DNA of 26,878 bases, taken from positions 1 to 26,878 of the forward strand of contig JBHLPL010000012.1 of assembly GCA_048939465.1 (NCBI GenBank), given 5' to 3'. The position numbers and the translations under genes are program-made. The DNA comes from Promethearchaeota archaeon. Lineage in GTDB: Archaea; Asgardarchaeota; Odinarchaeia; Odinarchaeales; JBHLKK01. Under the pieces are notes generated by a model. That model searched no databases and was not told the DNA's origin. It worked only from the letters and a program-made list of their open reading frames with translations. Below are positions 1-8,335 of the stretch, piece after piece; positions within the stretch are counted from its first letter, which is position 1, and the number at the start of each line of letters is the position of its first letter.

Positions 1-503
1 GTTGTGATCCAATCTATTCCCTGTTGAACTCGAGGATCGTGTAAATAGTCAAATCTAATCAGGCTCCAAATCATGTTACCCGTCAGACAGGGTATTACCC
101 TATTGTGTCTGCCTCCACCACCTGGCGCGCTCAGATATGAGAAAGCACCGCTTTCTCTATCCTGGGATTTGTCGAGGATGAATTCACATGCTTTTCTCAC
201 ACGCTCATCTCTTGAATCTGTTCCAAGCTCCGCAAGAATCATGAGTTGCCAGACCGTACCCTTGAACTTGCCTGGACCATAGAAGTCTTCAGGCGATCCC
301 CAATAGCCTTCATCGCTTTGTCTAGCCAAAATCCTAGGTACTACCCCCCTTTCCATAATCTTATCTTTTGTATCTCTCACTTCAGAATCATTTTCAACGT
401 TATCACAAATATCAGTTAATGTAAAGTATCGCACTGAGGGATTATCCTTTTCCAGCAGCCACCTTGTAGGGTCCGCATTCAACAAGGATCTCCAATTACT
501 CAT
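1..503 (-). CDS. Partial CDS (runs off left edge; not in ORF track): prenyltransferase/squalene-cyclase-repeat-like alpha-alpha barrel protein
   Basis: Manual translation from ATG at 503 is open to position 1: MSNWRSLLNADPTRWLLEKDNPSVRYFTLTD...ILARQSDEGYWG...KFKGTVWQLMILAELG...VIPCLTGNMIWSLIRF...PRVQQGIDWIT. QxxxGxW repeat-like motifs suggest the terpene-cyclase/prenyltransferase fold (from recall, not searched). Confidence 0.75.
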   Translation of the reverse strand, partial: MSNWRSLLNADPTRWLLEKDNPSVRYFTLTDICDNVENDSEVRDTKDKIMERGVVPRILARQSDEGYWGSPEDFYGPGKFKGTVWQLMILAELGTDSRDERVRKACEFILDKSQDRESGAFSYLSAPGGGGRHNRVIPCLTGNMIWSLIRFDYLHDPRVQQGIDWIT

Positions 504-587
504 ATCTCAACACTTCCTATTAGGTGGCATAACTGTAGCATTTCTATAATTGGTTTGATAAGCGTTTCTAATGCAGTAGAAAAATGT

Positions 588-609
588 GGGTAGGTTTAAT
601 TACCTACCC
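588..609. repeat. Perfect 8-bp inverted repeat GGGTAGGT-ttaatt-ACCTACCC in the divergent intergenic region
   Basis: Arms at 588-595 and 602-609 are exact reverse complements. The repeat is directly visible; its function is unknown. Confidence 0.8.
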
Positions 610-730
610 TCGGCTCTTAGTTTTCACAACCTTCATCTTCTTTGTTCATTTGTTTCACATCCGTTATTTACGGGTTGGAATACCAATTATTTGAAGGGAG
701 CATATCACCAGTTATGTTAAATACCGATTA

Positions 731-2122
731 ATGCAATTTAGGATGAGAGTGGTTACCGTGATTTATAATAAAAAGACTATGGGAAGATTGCCTGTTGCAT
801 TGACCATTGCTGGATCAGACAGTGGTGGCGGGGCCGGAATAGCCACCGACCTCAAAACCTTTGCAGCTTTAGGCGTCCACGGCGTTTGCGCTGTTACTGC
901 TGTGACGGCGCAGAACTCGGTTATGATTACCGGCGTGGTTGATGTGACCTCAAGAATGGTCGAAAAGCAAATTGACGCCGTCGCATCGGATATGTGTATC
1001 ACTGCTGCAAAAACTGGATTATTACCTAATGAAGACATTGTTAGAATTCTCATTAGCAAGTTTGATCAATATAGATTCCCGCTTGTCGTTGATCCAATAA
1101 TATTTGCGGGAGTAGGTTTTCGTTTAATCACGAAAGAATCCGAAAAAGCCATTCTGGAAGAGCTCATACCCAAAGCGACTGTTTTGACACCAAACATAGT
1201 AGAGGCAGAAATGCTTTCTGGCAGAAGAATTGAAGGAGCCAGTGATTTTGCCAAGACAGCAAAAGAACTCGCGAAACTGGGTCCGGAGGCTGTGGTAATT
1301 AAAGGCGGCCATTCATCTTCCAAAAAGGTAACAGACGTACTCTACTGGAAAGGACAAATTAAGACTTACTCCAAGCCAAGAATTGAACCGGAGAATATCC
1401 ATGGTTCTGGGTGCGCTTTTTCGGCAGCAATAGCGGCATTCTTAGCAAAGGGGCATCAAATTGATGAAGCAATAAATGAAGCCGAAGAATTCATTCAGAA
1501 TGCTCTTTCATCTCCGATTGGTGTAGGATATGGAGCACCGATACCGAATCCACTCGCAGGCATACAACCAGTGGAGGAAAGGTTTAAAGTCCTAGCCAAT
1601 CTTCGCTTGGCTGTAAAGAATATAGAAAACGCTCCTAGATTCAGTGAATTGGTTCCTGAATCTCGGGCAGATATACTGATGGCTCTGCCAAGCGCAAAGT
1701 CTCAAGATGAAGTTGCGGCAATAGATGGGAGAATAGCCGTGGTCAATGGACGCCCCAGAACCGTTGGTTTTCCATGGTTTGGAGTCTCTACTCGTGCGCC
1801 CATGATTCTGGCCATGATAAAACACAATCCAAATCATCGTGCATCCGTTATCTTAAGATATTCTGAGAAGATTGTCGGTGCCTGCAAAGCTGCGGGACTG
1901 ATCGTTTCAAGTTTTGATCGCAGAGATAAACCAAAGAAGCTGAAGACGGAAAGGGAATTGATGAATTGGGGTATTAGCGAAGCCGTCAGAAAAGCAGGAC
2001 ATATTCCTGAAGTAATCTGTGATAAGGGTGATATAGGTAAGGAGCAAATCATTTGGATTTTTGCTCCTTCTGGCTTGGAAGCTGTTAAGAAGAGTCTTGA
2101 TCTTTTAAAAAGAATGGAATAA
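731..2122 (+). CDS. thiD: Hydroxymethylpyrimidine/phosphomethylpyrimidine kinase with C-terminal ThiN domain (ThiDN); real start may be ATG 779
   Basis: [41 protein letters not shown] and HGSGC are ribokinase-family ThiD motifs. The C-terminal ~180 aa has ThiN hallmarks ([23 protein letters not shown]). Confidence 0.95.
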   Translation: MQFRMRVVTVIYNKKTMGRLPVALTIAGSDSGGGAGIATDLKTFAALGVHGVCAVTAVTAQNSVMITGVVDVTSRMVEKQIDAVASDMCITAAKTGLLPNEDIVRILISKFDQYRFPLVVDPIIFAGVGFRLITKESEKAILEELIPKATVLTPNIVEAEMLSGRRIEGASDFAKTAKELAKLGPEAVVIKGGHSSSKKVTDVLYWKGQIKTYSKPRIEPENIHGSGCAFSAAIAAFLAKGHQIDEAINEAEEFIQNALSSPIGVGYGAPIPNPLAGIQPVEERFKVLANLRLAVKNIENAPRFSELVPESRADILMALPSAKSQDEVAAIDGRIAVVNGRPRTVGFPWFGVSTRAPMILAMIKHNPNHRASVILRYSEKIVGACKAAGLIVSSFDRRDKPKKLKTERELMNWGISEAVRKAGHIPEVICDKGDIGKEQIIWIFAPSGLEAVKKSLDLLKRME

Positions 2123-2215
2123 AATGTCTTACTCTTGGATATCAGGTTCGAGAAAAACAAAATAAAGAGCAAAGAATGAACTTGCCCAAATATAGAAGAG
2201 GGTTAACCCCTCACT

Positions 2216-3883
2216 TTAATACGGTGGCATGCCGGGCATTCCTCCAGGCATAGGAGGGCCGCCCCTGGGCATTTCTCCCTTGCCCATTCCTTTAGACGCT
2301 ATAACATCGTCTATCCTCAGTATCATTTGAGACGCTTCGGTAGCTGAGCGAATGATCTGTCGCTTCACTATGCTGGGCTCGATCACTCCTTGCTTATGCA
2401 TGTCCCTTGCTTTGCCCTTGGCAACATCTACTCCGTACCATAGTCCGCCTTCCTTTTCTTCATGTTTGGCTCTGAGTTCAACAAGAAAATCGATAGGGTC
2501 GTGCCCTGCATTCTCCGCCAGGGTCGACGGTATTACTTCCAAGGCATCAGCAAAAGCCTCGATAGCCAGTTGTTCTCTGCCACCAACGCTTCCGGCATAG
2601 CTTCTCAACCTCTTGGCGATTTCTATCTCAGGCGCACCACCGCCTGCAACGATCTTGCTGGTTTCCATTACATTCCTAACAACACAAAGACTGTCATGGA
2701 GTGCCCTTTCTGCTTCATCAACTACGTGCTCAGTTCCTCCGCGGATTACAACACTGACGGCTCTGGGATCCTTGCATTCTCGAACATATATTAGTTTGTC
2801 TTCTCCGATCTTGACTTCTTCCACAAGTCCGCACTTACCAAGGCTCTTGTGATTCAAATCGTCCATGTTTGTTAAGATGACACCGCCAGTGGCTTTGCTG
2901 AGTTTCTCCATGTCGCTCTTCTTAACTCTTCTGACTGATAAAATGCCTTTCTTGGATAAGAAGTGTTGAGCCATATCGTCGATTCCTTTCTGGCAGAATA
3001 CCACATTTGCGCCAGAATCTGAAATCCTATTTACCATCTTTCTTAGCATATTCTCCTCTTCTGCAAGGAATTCCTTCATCTGAGTAGGATCCGATATCCT
3101 TATTTGTGCATCAAACTCTGGTTTCTCAACCTCTAATGCGGTATCAAGCAATGCGATCTTGGCGTCCTCAATTCGCTTGGGCATTCCTGAGTGAACTACC
3201 TCTTTGTCAATCACTATACCGTTAACCAGCTCGGTTTCTTTCAAGCTCTTTCCTTGTTTTTTGACTATGCCCACCATATCAATGTCAACGTATAGTCCGC
3301 CATCCCTGTCTTCTGCGATCTGATTAAGTGCGTCAACCGTTATTTCTGCAAAATGTTCTTTCGCTCCGGCAATAGATTTGCTGTTCATGGATGTCAAAGC
3401 AATCTTCATAAGGACTTTCCTATCTCTAGGTTCTACTGTAATTGATATATCTTCCAGAGCCCTAATTGCCTCGTCGGCAGCCTTTTTGTATCCTGAAACT
3501 ATTGTCGTTGGGTGGATGTTTTGCTCAATAAGAGTTTCGCCTCTCTTAAGAAGCTCACCTGCTAATACCACGGCGCTCGTAGTTCCATCTCCGACTTCGT
3601 CGTCTTGAGTCTTGGCAACTTCTACCATCATCTTTGCGGCTGGATGTTGAACATCAATCTCATCTAAGATCGTTGCTCCGTCGTTTGTGATTGTCACATC
3701 TCCCAAGCTGTCTACAAGCATCTTGTCCATTCCACGAGGCCCTAGTGAAGTTCTTATTGCTTCACCTATTACTTTTGCAGCCATGATGTTTGATTTTTGT
3801 GCTTCCTTACCACGACTTCTTGCTGTACCCTCTTTAAGTATTAAGACGGGTGTTCCACCAATCTGTGCTAGTTGTGCTGACAT
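2216..3883 (-). CDS. ths: Thermosome subunit (group II chaperonin)
   Basis: [37 protein letters not shown] and a Gly/Met/Pro-rich tail. Perfect GGAGGTGA Shine-Dalgarno on the minus strand at 3893-3900. Confidence 0.98.
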   Translation of the reverse strand: MSAQLAQIGGTPVLILKEGTARSRGKEAQKSNIMAAKVIGEAIRTSLGPRGMDKMLVDSLGDVTITNDGATILDEIDVQHPAAKMMVEVAKTQDDEVGDGTTSAVVLAGELLKRGETLIEQNIHPTTIVSGYKKAADEAIRALEDISITVEPRDRKVLMKIALTSMNSKSIAGAKEHFAEITVDALNQIAEDRDGGLYVDIDMVGIVKKQGKSLKETELVNGIVIDKEVVHSGMPKRIEDAKIALLDTALEVEKPEFDAQIRISDPTQMKEFLAEEENMLRKMVNRISDSGANVVFCQKGIDDMAQHFLSKKGILSVRRVKKSDMEKLSKATGGVILTNMDDLNHKSLGKCGLVEEVKIGEDKLIYVRECKDPRAVSVVIRGGTEHVVDEAERALHDSLCVVRNVMETSKIVAGGGAPEIEIAKRLRSYAGSVGGREQLAIEAFADALEVIPSTLAENAGHDPIDFLVELRAKHEEKEGGLWYGVDVAKGKARDMHKQGVIEPSIVKRQIIRSATEASQMILRIDDVIASKGMGKGEMPRGGPPMPGGMPGMPPY

Positions 3884-3947
3884 GGAACCCCTTCACCTCC
3901 AAAAACATCTTGTTAACGTAAAGTCCATTGGCAAGTGGAAATTAAAC

Positions 3948-3966
3948 TTCTATATAAACATTTCTA
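3948..3966 (-). promoter_or_regulatory. BRE/TATA promoter of the thermosome gene (TAGAAATGTTTATATAGAA)
   Basis: TTTATATA at 3958-3951 on the minus strand, preceded by purine-rich AGAAATG, about 70 nt upstream of the ATG. Confidence 0.65.
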
Positions 3967-4152
3967 CATTCAATACTACCGGTTCTCGAGTTGCATACAA
4001 CCAATTACTATCAAGCTGATAAAGAGTTCTTCTGATTCATTTTATTGAAGGTTTTGGGGTTTCCTGCGTCAGTTGCTATCTTGATAAGGTTTTTATCACA
4101 TAATTGAAGATTAGATATTAGAGACCGAGTAGCGCATCAACAGTGAGTTATC

Positions 4153-4677
4153 ATGGCCAGCTATAGCTATCTTTTTAAGACAATTGTGGTTGGAGATGGA
4201 GCAGTTGGAAAGACATCCCTCACAGCTAGATTTAGTGAGGGACATTTCAGTGATCAGTATAAACTGACCGTTGGCGTATCATTTGCGATAAAGAGTATCG
4301 ATGTGGACGGAATAAAAGTAAAACTACAAATCTGGGATACGGGCGGTCAAGAACGATTCAGTGACTTGAGATCTCTCTATTACAAAGGTGCCAAAGGATG
4401 TCTACTTGTCTATGATGTAACAAGACGTGAAACATTCAGCCACATAGAGAATTGGTTTAATGAAGTTGTGTCTCAATGCAGGATTATTCCTATGGTTTTG
4501 GTTGCAAACAAGGTGGATTTGACCGATTCTCGAGCAGTAAGTCGTGAAGATGGAGAACAGCTAGCTTACAGCCGAGGATTCCCGTATTATGAGTCATCTG
4601 CAAAGTTTGGAGTGAATGTGATTGACTGTTTTTCATTGCTGGCCCGAATGATGGTGCGAAAAGTGCTCTCTGAATGA
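4153..4677 (+). CDS. Rab-like small GTPase (Ras superfamily, eukaryotic signature protein)
   Basis: G1 GDGAVGKT, G2 TVGVSF, G3 WDTGGQE, G4 NKVD, G5 ESSAK. RabF-like KLQIW, YYKGA, LVYDVT. No C-terminal prenylation cysteines. Confidence 0.95.
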   Translation: MASYSYLFKTIVVGDGAVGKTSLTARFSEGHFSDQYKLTVGVSFAIKSIDVDGIKVKLQIWDTGGQERFSDLRSLYYKGAKGCLLVYDVTRRETFSHIENWFNEVVSQCRIIPMVLVANKVDLTDSRAVSREDGEQLAYSRGFPYYESSAKFGVNVIDCFSLLARMMVRKVLSE

Positions 4678-4710
4678 GTTTTGATACCCGCCTCACCTGA
4701 GTGATTTTAT

Positions 4711-4963
4711 CGATTTTTCGCAAGAAGATCCGATCTGTGAATGTGGGGACGAATTTCATCGCGTTTAAATATCTTATTGCATTAATATGGTAACAGGCTC
4801 TTGGACCATATGGTTCAGAGTAGGGCTGTCCAGCAATCAGTACTTGTGCAAAGCTGGAAGTTCTGCCCCAAACCTCCCCAGAATTCATAGCTCCGAAAGG
4901 AGACCTATTGACGATACGGAGAGCGAGGGAGGACATCTCTTGCGAAAGCTGGGGACGGTTCAC
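4711..4963 (+). mobile_element. E1: non-autonomous IS200/IS605-derived mini-element (PATE-like), no transposase or TnpB
   Basis: The left end aligns ungapped to E2 (TTTAT|cgattttt-CGCAAGAAGA-hairpin; about 37/51 identical by hand). The last 39 nt (4925-4963) align ungapped to the E2 end (29/39) and finish TCTCTTGC-GAAA-GCTGGGGA-CGGTTCAC. Internal TTTAAATA at 4764. Confidence 0.7.
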
Positions 4964-5189
4964 AAAGATTAAACCTATCAAATGTCAAACCAGGAGGATG
5001 AGGTTCGACTATTTACCTTTGGACTAATACGGGGACAGTGATGAGGAAAGGATGTATCTTATTTAAGCTCCCTTATCTTATCCTTCTTTTGATTTCGTCT
5101 TGCTTTCAGTCTTAACTTAAATAATAGCGACTGATAAAAGGAGAACACTATCCTTAACGGGTGCCTAGCTTACAGCCGGGGAGATCCAA

Positions 5190-6920
5190 TTGAAACTGGA
5201 GGAAATTGCGCGTAGGTATGCTTTGCTTAACGCAGTCAAGTATGGCGGAAAAGCTAGTTTCAAAGCTGTTATGGGCAAGATTATTTCAGAGCAGCCAGAA
5301 TTTAAATCGAAAACAAGAGAGCTTTCTGCTATACTCAAGAAGATTGTAGAGGAAATAAACAAGATTTCTTTCAAAGAGCAAAAGCTACTAGCATCTCAAT
5401 TTGCTATGCCAGAAAAAGAAGAGGAGGCAGAAGATAAGGTTCTCCCAACCTTACCCAACGTTGATCGTGTTGAGACTGTCGTAATGCGATTAGCGCCATA
5501 TCCATCCGGCCCACTACATATCGGAAATGCAAGGATGGTTGTTCTAAATGATGAGTATGTGAAGCGTTATAACGGAAGCCTGCTTTTGGTATTTGATGAT
5601 ACGATCGGCAGTGAAGAGAAAGTTATCCTTCCTGAAGCCTATGATCTCATCTTAGAAGGACTAGATTGGCTGGGAGCCAAATGGCATAAAACTCTTTACA
5701 AGTCGGACCGACTACTCATTTTTTATAAGTGGTGTAGAGAACTCCTGGAAGATGGATTTGCTTATGTGTGTACCTGTGAGCCTTCCAAGTGGCGAGAGCA
5801 ATACAAGCTAACTAAGCGCCCCTGTCCTTGCAGGAGTCTGAGCGTAGAAGAGAATCTTCATCGTTGGGATAGAATGATTGATGGCACGTACGGTGCAGGA
5901 GAGGCTGCTGTTAGGCTAAAAACGGGCATGAAGGTAGATGATCCTGCACTTAGAGATCACGTAATTATGAGGATTTCAGATCGAGTTCATCCAAGAGCAG
6001 GATCGAAGTACCGTGTCTGGCCACTATTAGAGTTCTCTTGGGCGATTGATGACGCACTCTTGGGCATTACTCATATTCTGCGAGGAAAGGACTTAATCAA
6101 GGAGGATAGGGTTGAAAGAATCATCTGGGATCTTTTGGGATTCAAAGATCGTGAGTTCATCCATTATGGAACGATTAGGTTTTCCGATCTTTCCCTCAGT
6201 AAGTCTCGGTCCCGCCGTTTGATTGACAAAGGAGTCTATCGCGGTTGGACTGATCCCCGAACTTGGAGTCTTCAATCACTCCAGAAACGAGGACTCAAGC
6301 CCGAAGCTGTCAGACAAGCAGTCCTGGATCTTGGCCTGAGTTTGACCGATATTGATTACAGTCCAAGCATACTGTACGCTGTCAATCGGAAGATGATCGA
6401 TCCAGTAGCAAACCGACTGTTCTTTGTTGACATTCCGGTGGAGTTGATTGTGGAAGATGGGCCAGACGATGAAGTAATAGCTGCCAACCCCCCCAGACAT
6501 CCAGATTATCCAGATAGGGGAAAGCGACACATTAGCGTAGCCATTGAAAATGGCCGTTTCTCAGTATACATATCGAAAAGCGATGTTGGGAGATTAAGAA
6601 TCGGAGACGTTATTCGATTGAAGGATTTGGCTAATATTAAGATAAGGTCCATCAACGAAGCACGAATCATGACCTCCTATCATAGCAGGACTATCGGTAA
6701 CGCAAGGCAATCGGATGTGAAAAGAATAATTCATTGGGTTCCCACTGATGATAATGTTCCGCTGGAGGTCGTTATGGAAAACGGGGAGATTCTAAAAGGT
6801 CTTGGAGAACCTGAGTGCATCGATCTATCTGAAGGTAGTATCGTTCAATTCGAGAGATATGGTTTTGTGAGGGTAGATCGCCTGAAACCCGTGACAAGGG
6901 TGTATTTTGCTCACCCTTGA
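5190..6920 (+). CDS. gltX: Glutamate--tRNA ligase (archaeal-type, class I), TTG start
   Basis: MRLAPYPSGPLHIGN (HIGH-like), FDDT, THILRGKD, LSKS (KMSKS-like), VQFERYGF; archaeal N-terminal helical domain. Confidence 0.97.
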   Translation: MKLEEIARRYALLNAVKYGGKASFKAVMGKIISEQPEFKSKTRELSAILKKIVEEINKISFKEQKLLASQFAMPEKEEEAEDKVLPTLPNVDRVETVVMRLAPYPSGPLHIGNARMVVLNDEYVKRYNGSLLLVFDDTIGSEEKVILPEAYDLILEGLDWLGAKWHKTLYKSDRLLIFYKWCRELLEDGFAYVCTCEPSKWREQYKLTKRPCPCRSLSVEENLHRWDRMIDGTYGAGEAAVRLKTGMKVDDPALRDHVIMRISDRVHPRAGSKYRVWPLLEFSWAIDDALLGITHILRGKDLIKEDRVERIIWDLLGFKDREFIHYGTIRFSDLSLSKSRSRRLIDKGVYRGWTDPRTWSLQSLQKRGLKPEAVRQAVLDLGLSLTDIDYSPSILYAVNRKMIDPVANRLFFVDIPVELIVEDGPDDEVIAANPPRHPDYPDRGKRHISVAIENGRFSVYISKSDVGRLRIGDVIRLKDLANIKIRSINEARIMTSYHSRTIGNARQSDVKRIIHWVPTDDNVPLEVVMENGEILKGLGEPECIDLSEGSIVQFERYGFVRVDRLKPVTRVYFAHP

Positions 6921-7030
6921 AACTGACATAATCCTCAGAATGGAATGAAGAAAAAGAGAATAGATCGAAAACTATTTTTCTACCTTTCAGACTATACTAT
7001 ACCTATACAACACCTTAACATCTGGTTATT

Positions 7031-7738
7031 ATGTTCAAGGGGTATGGAATGATGTCAGAGCTCGCTGAGTCGAAAGAAAGTAAAGTGTGGAGAATAGAGC
7101 ACGTTCTTCTGCTGTGGGCTATAGTCCTGATAATGATTGTTTCTTTTAGCTTTATTAATTTGTACAGTATCTGGCTCGGGGTAGCTTTGACTGAGTTTGC
7201 TATTCTGCTTGTAACGGTTGTGGTGGCTACAAGATTCTTTGATGCGTCCCACGATGACCTTGGGGTGAAAAGAACCTCTTCTAAATGGATACTTCTGGCA
7301 ATGGTCTCAAGCATCGCGGCTATTGGATTAGGCTACGCTGGTGTTACTATTCAAGTTCTAATTCTGGGATCTCCTCCCGAATCGTACCAACAATATATGG
7401 ACGTACTGGCACCTCGTGATATCGTCTCTCTAACTGCTTGGATCCTGCTGTCGTTTCTAGTTATTGCGCCGTGTGAAGAGATTTTTTCCAGAGGTTTTGT
7501 GCAGAAAGGATTAGAGAATTCCCTGGGAGGGAACTGGGGTTTGATACTTGCATCTGTTTTGTTTGGCGTACTCCATGTAGAACTGTTTCGTATATTCCCG
7601 ACAGTACTTGAGGGACTTGTAATAGGGACTGTTTACCTTAAATCAGGACATAATGTTGTAGCATCAACAATCTCACATGGGTTCCTGAATTCAATGATCT
7701 TTGTTCTGGTGTATTTCACTTACATCCCAATAGTGTAG
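7031..7738 (+). CDS. CPBP family intramembrane metalloprotease (CAAX/Abi-like)
   Basis: Multi-TM protein with PCEEIFSRG (EExxxR), FGVLH and SHGFLN motifs. Confidence 0.9.
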   Translation: MFKGYGMMSELAESKESKVWRIEHVLLLWAIVLIMIVSFSFINLYSIWLGVALTEFAILLVTVVVATRFFDASHDDLGVKRTSSKWILLAMVSSIAAIGLGYAGVTIQVLILGSPPESYQQYMDVLAPRDIVSLTAWILLSFLVIAPCEEIFSRGFVQKGLENSLGGNWGLILASVLFGVLHVELFRIFPTVLEGLVIGTVYLKSGHNVVASTISHGFLNSMIFVLVYFTYIPIV

Positions 7739-7767
7739 TACGTTGCTGGGGAATAAGCGAATGAATC

Positions 7768-8150
7768 CTATTCTTCCTCAATAAGTTCTTTTTCCTTGAA
7801 TTCCTCTCCCCGCAGAGACAGATAGGCCAATAAGAGGATCCCCGTTATGATTGTCGCGGCGTCCAGTGTTGAAAACACCCGAAAGTCCCTAAGACTCCGA
7901 CTCCGAACCACGCCGTATGCCCATTTTTTAAGACTGTATGACCCGATTGACACCGCGATACCGGGCGATCTCCGGATCAAAGACGCGACTCTGGAATAAG
8001 CTAAGGCTTTATAACAGGATCACAACAGACTGCCCAGAGAGCAATAACCTGCGGTCATGGTAAACCTGCGGGCCCCCAGATTACTCCAGATAGAAAAATC
8101 AAGATGCTTAGCAAAATCGCTCCCAAGGGCTCGATTCTGTCCTCAGACAA
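7768..8150 (-). pseudogene. Probable frameshifted small membrane-protein gene, split over track ORFs 8055-8291 and 7768-7980
   Basis: Fragments EPLGAILLSILIFLSG, LKKWAY and ITGILLLAYLSLRGEEF lie in different frames with stops between them. A 9-bp direct repeat (AACCTGCGG at 8046 and 8063) sits at the first break. The pattern resembles the archaeal 'RPLGV...LKKWAW...ILYYL' membrane proteins (from recall). Confidence 0.5.
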
Positions 8151-8335
8151 AACTTCTCTCTCATCATTTGCTCTGACTCTTTCTTGAAGGAGACCCCTAT
8201 TATTCTTTCCAATGAAATGAAGAAGTCTGTTCCAAAATCCCTCTGGCCCGACGATTGTTAGTAGAAAATCTTTTAAACTACTTGCAAGCAATAAAGACCC
8301 GCTTCCAAGTCAATAAAAAGGAGGTAAAAAGCAAC

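Noticed and set aside
504-778. TPP riboswitch upstream of thiD
   Set aside because: No CTGAGA or ACCTGAT core motifs.
4490-4981. 163-aa minus-strand ORF, plus track ORFs 4787-4972, 12206-12436 and 14696-15025
   Set aside because: They run through the non-coding elements or overlap real genes, and have no recognisable motifs; treated as spurious.
4964-4981. E1 guide targeting the 588-609 palindrome (shared ATTAAACCTA), and E3 guide matching the E2 interior (shared CACAAGACCC)
   Set aside because: Only 10-nt matches, with mismatches in the TAM-proximal seed and no TTTAT-like TAM adjacent; compatible with chance.
4990-5135. tRNA T-loop (GGTTCGA at 5002) and C/D-box sRNA (GTGATGA at 5038)
   Set aside because: No cloverleaf. 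The nearest CTGA is about 90 nt away with no C'/D' boxes, too long for a typical archaeal C/D guide.
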